Source: Geosiphon pyriformis uo1 (lineage: Eukaryota; Fungi; Glomeromycota). From it: 19,398 nucleotides of DNA. Under the pieces are notes generated by a model. That model saw nothing but the letters and a program-made list of their open reading frames with translations, was not told the DNA's origin and did not search any database. Location: positions 311,458 through 330,855 of the forward strand of contig JAAOMT010000665.1 of NCBI GenBank assembly GCA_016748015.1, read 5' to 3'. This document shows, in pieces, positions 9,503-19,398 of this stretch (position 1 is the stretch's first letter; each line of letters begins with the position of its first letter). A program made the translations under genes and the position numbers.

Positions 9503-10277
9503 GAAACAAACATATATTATATTATTATAAAAAAAATAAAAAAAAAAATTCAAAATCTTATATTTTATATAATTTTATAATTTTAGATTTTTATTAGCCA
9601 ATTAAATATAAAAATGTTGAAATTTTATGACTTTAAATAATACATAATTTATTAGCCTATTAGAATATAGAAATATAATCTAATTTATAATATATAAATT
9701 AAATTTTTAATATATTAAATTTTCTGTATTTATTATATAACTATATTTAAATATATTGTAAAATCTCTGGTATTAATTTGTAAAAATTTTATAAAAATAA
9801 AATTTTTTGTATTATAATATAGTTAGAAAAGCTTATATATTAAAAAAGTTTAATAATAAATAAAATCAAAAATATAATATAAAAAATATAATAAATTAAA
9901 AAATAAAAAACATTAATAAAAAATATATTAGATCAGAAAATAAAAATATACTAAATTAAAAAATAAAAGACATATTAGATTAAACATAAATTTGTAATTA
10001 TTTTTATATAAATAAAACAATATAATAAGTTAAGATGTTTAAGTTAGTATATTTTAATAATAATTTTGATCATAAGTTTAATCATATTTATTATATAAAT
10101 TTAATTATATTTGTTATATACTTATAGTACATGTATTTATAATTGTATATTATAAATAGCATATTATTATAATATAAAATAATAATATTATAAAATGTTC
10201 GATTATATATTTTAATAAAAAAAAATAAAAAAATAGTCTTATAGTAATTAATAATAATATAATATATGTTTGTTCTC
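9503..10277. mobile_element. Non-autonomous TIR DNA transposon (MITE-like), TTAA-flanked
   Basis: 9498-9528 GTTAAGA-AACAAACATATATTATATTATTAT equals the reverse complement of 10251-10282 with one indel. TTAA lies at 9499-9502 and 10278-10281; no recognisable ORF inside. Confidence 0.7.
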
Positions 10278-10281
10278 TTAA

Positions 10282-10790
10282 CAAAAGTAAAAAAAAACCA
10301 AAAGCCATTACAAAAAATTTGGTAATTTTAAATAAGATTAAAAAAAAATCATTAATAAAAACTTTTATAATAGCAATTAAAAAAATCTTAAAAACAAAAT
10401 CTATATAGAATAATAATGTTATTTTTAAAAATTAACTTAAATTTAGATAAAAGATAAAACAAAAAATTAACAAAGACCAATTTAATTTTAAAAATAGAAC
10501 CAAACACCAAAGTAAAAACTACTTACTTAAAAATTTTTTGACAATTAAAAATTGTTTTTTAAGTATTACTTAAGACAGTACTAAAAAACAAAAAAAAATT
10601 GTTTTGGTTTTTATTTAATTAATTTAATCTTTAAAATTAAATGATTTAATAAGTTGTTTTGTTTTTTAAATTGGCAAAAATTTGTTGAAAAACATTATAT
10701 TTGATAATATAACTAGTAATTAATCTTAATTTATTTTGGAAAATATACTATTGTTATTATTGTCTATATTAAAAAAAAACTAATTACTGT
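10282..10790 (-). pseudogene. Probable upstream part of the same LINE ORF1, hypermutated
   Basis: Minus-strand codon structure SFNFKD*IN*IKTK...K*VVFTLVFGSIFKIKL...LFYIDFVFKIFL resembles the N-terminal half of ORF1s I recall from this LINE type. Cut at 10790 by the family-B LTR. Confidence 0.4.
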
Positions 10791-11818
10791 TATTACTAAA
10801 GATTTTTGGTATCTTTTTTTAATTGTTGTTAATATTAATTTTGTTGTTTAATTTACATTTATTGGAAGCTATTAAATCTCTAATAATTGAATTTATCTTT
10901 AAATTATCTCTTATAATTTGAACTACTGGACTTTTAAATAGAATGACTAATTTTATGTTAATTATTTTGTATAATTATGTTGTAGTAAATATCAATTTTT
11001 TCTCAGAAATTGTTGTTTAGAAGTTTATTAAAACATGTAGTTATTTTGCTATAAAAGTCAACTTTTTTCCAAAAATTACTTAATTAAAAGCTTACTAAAA
11101 TGTGTAATTACTTTGCTGTAAAAGTTAACTTTTCTATAAAAATTTTGTTTGTAGACTATCTTAATGATTATAATATGAAAAAAAGAAAAAAATAAAATAT
11201 AAAAGAAATAAAATTTTGTTAAGAAAATTATTTTCTAATTTAGGTTTAGAATTACTAATAGTTTACTGAAATTAATAACTAATTAATTTTAAAACATTAA
11301 TTGATTTTTAGAAAATATTAGGTATAAATGTTTTAAGAATTGGTTTTCAAATTATATTTTTATTTTTGAATTGTACTAATAAGAATTAATTTAAAAAAAG
11401 ATATCTATAAAAAATACATTTTCTCAAAGAGAGAAGTTTTTTTTTATATAACTTTTTATAGTATTAGTTTATAAACTTGAATTTTTCTTTTTGCTAAAAT
11501 TTTATTAAACTAAAGATATATTTTAACAAACTATAAGTTATTTTATTAAACTATTAACTATTTTAGTGAACTATATATTATTTTGGTAAATTTTTATAAA
11601 TTTCGGCAAATTTTTAAATATTATATAGTTCAAAATATTGTGTCATTTAATCATCTTAATTTCTATTATACAAATTAATTTATTAATTAAATAGTAATAT
11701 TTGATAATTTGATTAAGTAATAAGTAATAATTAAAATAATGTTAATATATACTAATTAATAATAAGAATTATAAGAGTAATTTCATATTAATTAATAATT
11801 AAAATTCTACTGATAATA
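10791..11818 (-). repeat. 3' LTR of family-B element (~1028 bp)
   Basis: Begins TATTATCAGTAG (mutated TGTTACC...) 3 nt after the purine tract and ends ...TTTAGTAATA. Its last 230 bp match 964-1193. Confidence 0.78.
10960..11150. repeat. ~67-bp imperfect tandem repeat (about 3 units) inside the family-B LTR
   Basis: aagtttattaaaacatgtagttattttgctataaaagtcaactttt at 11021 versus aagcttactaaaatgtgtaattactttgctgtaaaagttaactttt at 11088; a partial unit lies near 10967. Confidence 0.7.
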
Positions 11819-11821
11819 TAA

Positions 11822-11831
11822 TCTTCTCTTC
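11822..11831 (-). promoter_or_regulatory. Polypurine tract
   Basis: GAAGAGAAGA on the minus strand just before the LTR start. Confidence 0.65.
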
Positions 11832-12400
11832 AAAACTAAGTTCTATCAAAATCCAAGTATTATCTGTAATTTCGAGATAATAATCCAAGATTATTGAAGT
11901 GATTTAGTTTAAAAATTGTTGAAATTTTAGTTCTATAAATTTGTCAATATATTAAATCTTTATTGGTTGAAGTATTGGATTTTGTAAAATGTTTTTACAT
12001 GTATTAAATAAGTTGTAAAGTCTATAAACTGCTCTGAATTTATAGTGAACATTTGTTAATCTGGCTATTGTTTTAAATTTGTTGTGTATTTGCTTTTGTA
12101 TAGTTTCAAAAATAAGATTGATTGCTTTTAGTTCTAGTTTTTATTAGTACAGTATTTTTTTGATTTGAAAATATTAATAACTAGAAGTATATTTACTGTT
12201 TTTATTAAGACATATTTAAAGTTTTTATTATATTATGACATTCGGAAAAATATCAATAAGTATGAACAATAAGTTTTCTTTTAAAGCTTGTTTCAAAAGT
12301 TCTGGTAATTAACTTTCAAAATAACTTCTTGTGTTTTTTTATAAGAATAATAATTCTGAGAATTATTTATTATCAAGGCTGTAGTTTTTTTTAAGTATAA
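11832..12400 (-). pseudogene. Extra ORF of unknown function between integrase and PPT
   Basis: One frame over ~190 codons (...YFQIKKILY**KLELKAINLIFETIQKQIHNKFKTIARLTNVHYKFRAVYRLYNLFNTCKNILQNPILQPIKI*YIDKFIELKFQQFLN*...). All stops are TAA, compatible with CAA or TGG origin. 5' boundary uncertain. Confidence 0.55.
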
Positions 12401-12774
12401 TTAATTTGATTTTTATTAATTGTTATGGATAAATCAAAAAGTGTTTTTAAAGTTAACATTAATTTTTGAAATATTTTTTGAATGTTTTGAGAAATAAGTA
12501 TAATAAATTTTTATAAAAATAAAAATAAAATTATTTTTTATATAGGGATTTTTATATATTTTTGATTTGAGTATTTTCTGGTGATTATTTTACTATTTTT
12601 GTTTAATATTTCTGTATTATTTTAAGAGAAATACTAATAAAATTAAGTTAAATGTTCAGGTTTTATTGTTGTTTTATTACAATTATTGGTTCTAAATTTT
12701 AGAGAATATCTTTGAAATTAATTAAAAAAAAATATATATTAATTTGTAAAATTAATGATTCAAGATTGTTTCTA

Positions 12775-13840
12775 AAATAATAATGCTTCAATTAATTTTC
12801 ATGTACAACTTTGGCTAAAATTTTGTTATTAAATTTTAACTTATATAATTTATTGCCTAAGATTTTATAAATATAATATAGTCTGTCTTATTTATATTCA
12901 AATTTTTTATTCTATTGTTTTTTAGTCTTAGTTCTGTATAAGAGAACTTTGTTTTCAATTTTAAATTTATTGGTAATTAGTAGCAATTTGTTGTCATGTT
13001 ATTTTTTTTGTTGAATTTAAGAGTGTTCAATATGAGTTGCTGCTATTTGTTTCTTTTTTTTCAACATACTAAAAAGAATATAGGCTTTTTATTAAAGTGT
13101 TTCTTAAAAGTTTTTTTGTTAATTGGTTGCACTGAGTATGTTTCTATTAAAAAATTAATTAGTAATATTATTGTCTTTTTATAGATAAAATTAAATGGTA
13201 TGTGTTTCATGATATTTTGTTTTAATGTTCTATAAGCTAATAATACTAATAGAATAAAGATATTCTATTTCTATTCAAAATTGGTTGAGATTTTAACTAG
13301 TGACTTACATAATGTCTAGTTGAAATGTTCTATTAATTTATTTGTTTGTGGATAATATAGTAATAATAAAGATTATTTGACATTAAATTATTTGCAAATT
13401 TTTTGTATTAAGTTGTTCACAAAGTGTGTTTTATAATTAGATAAGAGTTTAATTAAACATTTATGTCTATAAGTAATGTTTTTATAGATAAAATTTGCTA
13501 CTAATTTTGTGTCTGCTTTTTAGATAGCTCTAACTTTAGGCTATTTGGTAAAATAATCTATTACAACTGCTATATAATAGTTTTTTGGGTTGTAATAAGT
13601 AATGGTCTAACTAAATTAATTCTAATTTTGTCAAAAAATTGTCCAATTTTAATTGGATTTAAAAGTTTAATGGAACAAATCTTTTTTTTTCTTTAATAAT
13701 TATTACATAATTTTATATATTGTCAAATGTTTTAGTACATATGTGGCCAAAAATAATGTTTAAGTGTTTTTTAGATTGTATTATCTCTTTTTAAGTGTGT
13801 TAATAATATATTTGTGTATATGTTGTATAAGATAATTTTT
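12775..13840 (-). pseudogene. Integrase (HHCC, DDE core, GPY/F module)
   Basis: HLKRDNTI*KTLKHYFWPHMY...LCNNY; FDKIRINLVRPL..YIAVVIDYFTK*PKVRAI; LLSNYKTHFVN; YYPQTNKLIEHFN*TL; FKIENKVLLYR...K*DRLYYIYKILGNKLYKL. Confidence 0.9.
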
Positions 13841-14109
13841 ATTTTATTTTGTTGAACTAATCTGAATAGATTTGCTAAATTTTTGTAATTTTAATAATAA
13901 ATTTTGTTATAATAGATAAAATATTGCTTTGCTTGGTTTTGAAATTAGTGTTTTTTAACTAGAAACCAATTTTTTGGTATGTTAAAAATTTTTAAATAGT
14001 TTTTAATATTGTTGTAGTTTTGAAATCTATTGTTTATTAATTGTTTTATTATTGTTAAATTGTTGAATTGTTGAATTGTAGATGTTGATTCTAATTTTGT
14101 CTTATTCTT

Positions 14110-14490
14110 AAAAAACCATCTATGTTAGTATGTAATTTTTTTGGTTTGTAATATATAATGTATTTGTAATTGGCAAGAAAATCAGTCTATTAAAATTGTT
14201 TTGTATTAAGTTTAAAGCTTTTTTTGTTAAGCCATTTGAGGCCAATATTATTAGTAATAATATTGAATTGAAATTTATTTTAAAAGTATTGTTAAAAGTG
14301 TTTAAAAACTCAGATAACAGCTACTGCTTCTAATTTAGTTGAGTCATATTTGAGTTTTATTGGCTTGAATTTTCTATTAACATATATAATTATTTATTTA
14401 TTGTTATTGTCATCTAATTGTAATAAGATAACATCAAAAGCTATGTGTAAAGCATTAATAATTAACTAAAATTTTTTGTTAAATTTGGAG
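14110..14490 (-). pseudogene. RNase H (Ty3/Gypsy type)
   Basis: F*LIINALHIAFDVILLQ (TDAS motif mutated), KYDSTKLEAVAVI*VFKHF, FNIITNNIGLKWL. Confidence 0.85.
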
Positions 14491-14559
14491 TAAACAAAAA
14501 TTGGAGTTATAATTAATTTTTTTTTAAGAATGTTAAATACTTTTTGTTAAACTGAAGTC

Positions 14560-15410
14560 TATTAGTATTAAACATTTTTGTTAATTAAAAAATTAAAAGA
14601 TTTGGCAATTTCTGAAAATTTTTTGATAAACTTTCAGTAATAAAAGGCTAATTCTATAAATTCTCTTAGTTTTGTGATATTTTAGAAAACTTAAAAGTTT
14701 TTAACAATACTAATTGTTCTTGAATTGAGTTAAACTCTATTTTTGCTAATAATGTGTTCAAGAAAAATTAAACTTGTTTTTCTGAAGTAATATTTTTTAA
14801 TGTTCAATTTCAGTTCTGCTTTTCATAATTATTAAAAAACTTTTTACAAATAAATCAGATAAGCTTCATAACTTGGAGAATAAACATCAGTATTATTGAG
14901 ATAAACAACTATTAATTGCCACAAAAATTTTTTATAAACAATATTTATTAGTTTTTGGAATATTATTGGTGTATTACAATGTTCAAAAAACATAATATTA
15001 AACTTGTAGTTTTTTTTTTGTGTGGTAAATGCTGTTTTGGAATGGTTTTTTGAATCTATTTTAACTTATCAATATCCATTTTTCAAGTTTAAAGTTGAAA
15101 AAAACTTGGCTTTTTCTAAAACATCTAGCATGTTGTTGATTTTTGAAAGGAAGTATACATCTTTAATTATTATATTATTAAGTTGACAATAATCTATACA
15201 AAATCTGATCTTGCTATTTTTTTTTGACAAAAACTACTGATAAAACCTAAAAACTTTTTGATAATTGGATGAGATTATTGTTAAGCATCTATTACATTTC
15301 TTTTCTAATGAATTGGTGGCTGGCAGGTGAAACTTAATAGACTTGTTGATGTTTTAGTAAAGCATTTTCTATATGAATTTGATATTGTATTATATTAGTT
15401 TTTCCAAAAT
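14560..15410 (-). pseudogene. Reverse transcriptase and connection region
   Basis: SVVFVKKK..IRFCIDYCQLN, FFSTLNLKNGY**V, KTAFTT, IMFFEHCNTPIIFQKLIN, VVYLNNTDVY. Catalytic YLDD is converted to YLNN at 14903-14892. Confidence 0.93.
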
Positions 15411-15655
15411 TATTTTTATTTTTAACAAATATATTAGCATATTTAGCAATTAACTGTTTTAATTATCTTTGTTGTTAGAATTCTAAGAGACTTATGTTGA
15501 TTCAAGAGAGTTTTTTTTAATAAAATCATAGTTTTTAGTAATAAACAGAATATTTAAATTTGGAAGAAAAATGTGTTTCACAATTTCAATGAAATTAGAA
15601 ACAATTTAAAGAATTTTGTTTTGAAATATATTATTATGTATAATTCTAATTTCTA

Positions 15656-15775
15656 ATATTGCTTTATTTAATAGTAGTAAATCTAATTAATAATTAATTA
15701 ATACTATTATAATTGTTGAAATATTGTAGAAACATAATTTTAAACACATTAAAATTCTGTGACTTGTTTATCAAT
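15656..15775 (-). pseudogene. gag: Short gag fragment (5' continuation of the gag at 18350, displaced by inversion)
   Basis: NKSQNFNVFKIMFLQYFNNYNSIN*LLIRFTTIK*SNI aligns with 3430-3543 (NKPQNFNAFKLVFLQYFSNNNSIN*LANTFITIKQGET). Confidence 0.8.
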
Positions 15776-16369
15776 ATTAAGTTTTTATTAATAATAATTG
15801 GCTATCTAAAACCAATACTGTACTTGATTGAAATACTTAAAAGCTTTAGTTAATATTTAATGATCAGCATATTTAAGTATTTGCTATCTCCAATTACTTT
15901 AAAGCTCCTTTAAGAAAACAATTATTAATTAAGCTTAAAAAAAAACCTTACTTGGAAAGTCTATTAAGTTTTATAGATTAACAATGATTACAACAAGCTA
16001 TTACTAATACTTTCATAAGATAAAAAAACAAACAAAAAACAACAACACTTAAGTTATTGCTATTATTAAAAAAAACATCTAACAGTTGGTATATATCTTA
16101 CTTATCAGAACTAAGAAAAGAATTATCTATATTTTATTCAAATACAAAAACTACAAAAAAAAACTTTTATCTATGAAAGCTTGAATTTTATTTAAAAAAA
16201 ACTATAAAACACATATCTGTTATTATTGTAAAGCATGCTATCAAAAATGTTTTGGTTATTTAAAACAACAAAAAAATTAGGACAACAAATCATGTTTTGC
16301 TTATAGAAAAACTTTACTTAATGAAAAAATATAAAATAACATTCTTAATTATAAATAAACATAAGATAT

Positions 16370-17205
16370 TGTTATTTATAAAAAATAAAAATTATAATAA
16401 TAGATAAAATAACCAATTAAAAATAGACATAATAAAAAAAAAATTTGAGAATTTCTCTTAAAAAATTGCATGATTCCAGAATTTTAGAATTTTTTTCAAG
16501 AAATTGTAGAATTTCAAAAAATTTTGTATAACACAAATTATGTATATATAGTGAGAGTATTAGAAACAGAAAAATATTTAATTCAATTTAGACAGAACAA
16601 TAACTAACAATAATTATTTACTCTTATCTTTTTCTTCAAAAAATAGTTTTCTATAACTTAAAGTAAAATTACATTAATATCAATAAAATATTAATTATCA
16701 TCCAATCTATATTATTGTTACTTAATTAAAGAAATATTAATTACTTTTATATTATCAACACTCTATGTTAATAGAATCTAATACTTAACTACACTAAACC
16801 AATAGCTCTTAATTACAGTTATTGATAAAATACTAATTTCTTATTTTTTTTTATTTTTTTTTATTTTTTTTTTGTTTTGTTTTTTTGTTGTTTACTAATT
16901 AATTAAAAAAATTAAATACTGAATATTTGACATTAAAGATAGCTTGGTAAAAAACTTGGAAACAAGAATAAAAATTTAAGAATAACTTACCAAAAAAACA
17001 TGACTGTTAAAATAAACCAGCCACTATGCTGAAAAAAAAAATTCACAGAAAAAATTATCAATTGAATCTCTGTCTATTATACAAAAAACTCAACCAAAAC
17101 ATTTAAATTATGAAAATCTTTAAAAGTTACCAATATTTCTAACTATTAAGTACCAAGTTATAGGTTTGTTATTTGTTTCAACACTCTAAATAGTTATCTA
17201 TAACA
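16370..17205 (+). repeat. Solo LTR related to family A (836 bp)
   Basis: TGTTATTTATAAAAAA...TTATCTATAACA. Shares long blocks with 1401-2214 (aataaaccagccac(c/t)atgctgaa, ttgaatctctg, ccaagtta). Flanked by ATAT/ATAC; removal restores host codons ...GAT ACA TTA TGC CAA TAC. Confidence 0.88.
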
Positions 17206-17700
17206 ATACATTATGCCAATACACTATTTAATGCTTATAACAATGCTCTTAACAAATTGTACTATTTTTTACATGATATCTAAATAATCTATGAACTGGT
17301 TATAATTTTAATTAATAGAAAAACCCAAAAAAATGTCTATCAAATAAAAAAAACCGAATATATTAAATACATCCTTGAAATTGCTAAATACAACTATAAA
17401 AATAAAATAAAAGTATACTACCAAATTGCAAGTTACACTTACTTAACCAAAAAAGCTTAAATTTAATAATTAAAGCAAATAAACATTTAATTGTACAAAG
17501 AATATATCATGACTTGTAACAGCTAATAGTGTTCAAAATGCTATGTTCTTAGCATTTCTTTACCCAATGAAAAAAATGAACATGAAATCAAATTTAGAAA
17601 ACCTGAATCAGAAAAAAAAATTGCAATTATATTAATCTACTTAGTAAAAAACTAGCCTATTATACAACTTAAATATTTCGACAACAATAGTTAAAAAATT

Positions 17701-18087
17701 AAGCTAAAAAAAGCTCATAAAATTAATACTAAATATGATTTACAATATTTAAAAAAAAACACTTTAATTCTTCAATCCAAGTTTCTAACAAAGATCAACT
17801 TCAGAATTGCTTTTGAAATTCTACCAGAAGCAATAGTTCAAATTGCTTTCTAATTATTATTGATAAGCAAAAAAATTAATATTAAAGAAAAAATCATAAA
17901 TACAGAATATACCAAAGATATTACAATTATGTTACAAAATAAAACTAATAAACTATTCAAAATTAAGCATGCCAAAAAAATTGTTCAAGCAATTTATTTA
18001 CTCCTAATTAATATTTCAGATTTGTGATCAGTTAATTAAAGGGAACAATTAAGTAAAAATAATAGAAAAACTCAAAATTTTGGTTTA
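17701..18087 (+). pseudogene. dut: Second dUTPase domain (family B), hypermutated
   Basis: TKYDL (AGYDL), IAF*LLLISKKI (IASRSSLASKGI), KEKIINTEYTK (RGGIIDAGYTG), KIVQAIYL and RKTQNFG. Deviations from canonical motifs are explicable by C>T/G>A. Confidence 0.85.
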
Positions 18088-18349
18088 CAAGACAATTTAC
18101 AGTTCTAGTAAATATAGTTCTTAAAACACAAAATAAATTTTACCACATTCTTTGACTTCTACAACCAATTATTATTTTCTTTTTTGGAAAATATTACAAA
18201 ATTTATACTTGTCTGAAATTAACTACTACTTAACAAATTTGTTTAAAACATAAAATCCAAATTTTAAATTTTTATATCCCAAAAAAAATGAAAAAATTCT
18301 GATTTATTTTTTACAATCTTAATATCTATCTTATTTTTTTATTAAATAG

Positions 18350-19398
18350 ATTAAAACAGTTATTATATATCTGAAAAATTTTAATCAAAATCTGTGCCAA
18401 ATACAAGCAATTGAAGCTAATTATTTTACAATATCATAAATCTTAAACCAATTCATTTATGGCTTATGTAGTAGTTTGCTATAACAAATATGCTTAATGT
18501 ATCCAAATACTTTTTAAGATATAGTTATATATACCAAAAATTTTAAATTGGCAAAATTCAAAGCCAATTACATCCAAGCTATTAATTTAATAATAAATAG
18601 ATTATCTAAATTAAATACCAAATTAAAACAATTTGGCAAAGCAATTAATTAGAAAATTGAAAGATATTTAGCTAATAATTAAGTCATTTATTAGTTTTTT
18701 TAATGTTGTAATAATCAAAAAAACTCCAATTCCTTTCAAAATTAATTATATTTATTATCATTATTGAATCAATTGTAACAACTAAAAACATGTAATTGTC
18801 ATTACTATAGTAAATAAGACCATTTAAAAGCAGATTGCCACTCCAAATTTAATAATTTATGATCAGAAAATCAATATTAAAATTCTGATTATAGATTTTA
18901 AATTCAAAACTATGTTTACAATTTGTCATTAGAACAATACTAATATTAGTTACCTTATATTCTAATAATATAACAATTAATATATTTACCTCCAATCTAT
19001 ATAACTCCACTATTAATAATCTATTAACCACTATAGCTATAAATAATTTATTAATTTTAACAAATTCAAGTACTACTCCAAAATATTATGTCAATATTAA
19101 CCAAAAATCCAAAGCCAAAAATTACTTACATATAACAGAACTGAAAATTAACAATATTAATGTACTAACTAATCTTCAGTTTATCAAACCAGCCATCAGA
19201 ATCATGTCAATAGAGTTTAGAAAGTAGGTACACCCAAAACCCAAATTTCCAGAACTATTTAAGTCTTTTAATTATTTTAAACAATACTTAATTCAACAAC
19301 CCAGAATAACTAATACAACTACTTACTAACAATATTTTACCAATAATCATCACTGAAAATGAGTTACTTGTTACCATATTTTTTTTTAAATTAAAAAA
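18350..19398 (+). pseudogene. gag: gag 3' half and gag-protease linker of a third Gypsy copy; runs off the window end
   Basis: IKTVIIYLKNFNQNLCQIQAIEANYFT...ILNQFIYGLCSSLL, decayed knuckle CHYYSK*DHLKADC (~18799-18840), QNPNFQNYLSLL. Colinear with 3541-4600. Confidence 0.88.

Larger units (their letters stand above)
10791..15655 (-). mobile_element. Ty3/Gypsy LTR retrotransposon, family B, 3' two-thirds (RT-RNase H-integrase-extra ORF-PPT-LTR), heavily mutated
   Basis: Domain order RT, RNase H, integrase, GPY/F on the minus strand is diagnostic of Ty3/Gypsy; followed by a PPT and LTR. Confidence 0.92.
16100..18352 (+). mobile_element. 5' part of family-B pol (Cys-rich module, dUTPase, linker), interrupted by a solo LTR and inverted relative to its RT
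   Basis: 16100-16369 aligns with ~5360-5630 (YYCKACYQKCFGYLKQQKN*DNKSCFAY versus YYCKPCHCKHYGYLKRQGKWDNKLCLTC). 17206-17330 matches 1-144. A dUTPase remnant follows. Confidence 0.85.

Noticed and set aside
9010-11800. AT-rich tract as organellar or endosymbiont DNA, centromeric satellite, or CRISPR-like array
   Set aside because: Explained by hypermutated TE remnants; no regular repeat-spacer structure or organellar genes.
15776-16090. Possible 5' end of the LINE ORF1 on the minus strand
   Set aside because: Some codon-like structure after an ATG, but no diagnostic motif or in-window homologue; left unassigned.
8229-19031. Small ORFs 8229-8423, 8567-8776, 12996-13184 and 18849-19031
   Set aside because: Antisense or off-frame to LINE, integrase or gag remnants.

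Overview
Eukaryotic, gene-free nest of decayed transposable elements. There are no intact host genes, RNA genes or CRISPR arrays. The element families resemble those I recall from Glomeromycota fungi such as Geosiphon; this attribution is unverified. Left to right: (1) a family-B Ty3/Gypsy pol fragment, an assembly gap and the 3' end of a family-B LTR (1-1193); (2) the 3' end of an RNase H-bearing LINE on the minus strand, split by (3) a family-A Gypsy element (1401-7973) with two 814-bp LTRs, a PBS, a 4-bp TSD and gag-protease-Cys-rich module-dUTPase, but with RT/RNase H/integrase deleted; (4) a heavily mutated probable LINE ORF1 interrupted by a TTAA-flanked TIR element; (5) a family-B Gypsy element on the minus strand (LTR, PPT, extra ORF, integrase, RNase H, RT) whose dUTPase-containing 5' part was flipped by a ~2.7-kb inversion and carries a nested solo LTR; (6) a third Gypsy gag remnant. 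All copies carry strong C>T/G>A hypermutation of differing intensity, suggesting a RIP-like or methylation-deamination process. The most interesting points are this mutational signature, the unusual PR-ZnF-dUTPase-(pseudo-dUTPase)-RT Pol architecture shared by two families, an unknown post-integrase ORF, and the reconstructable inversion.
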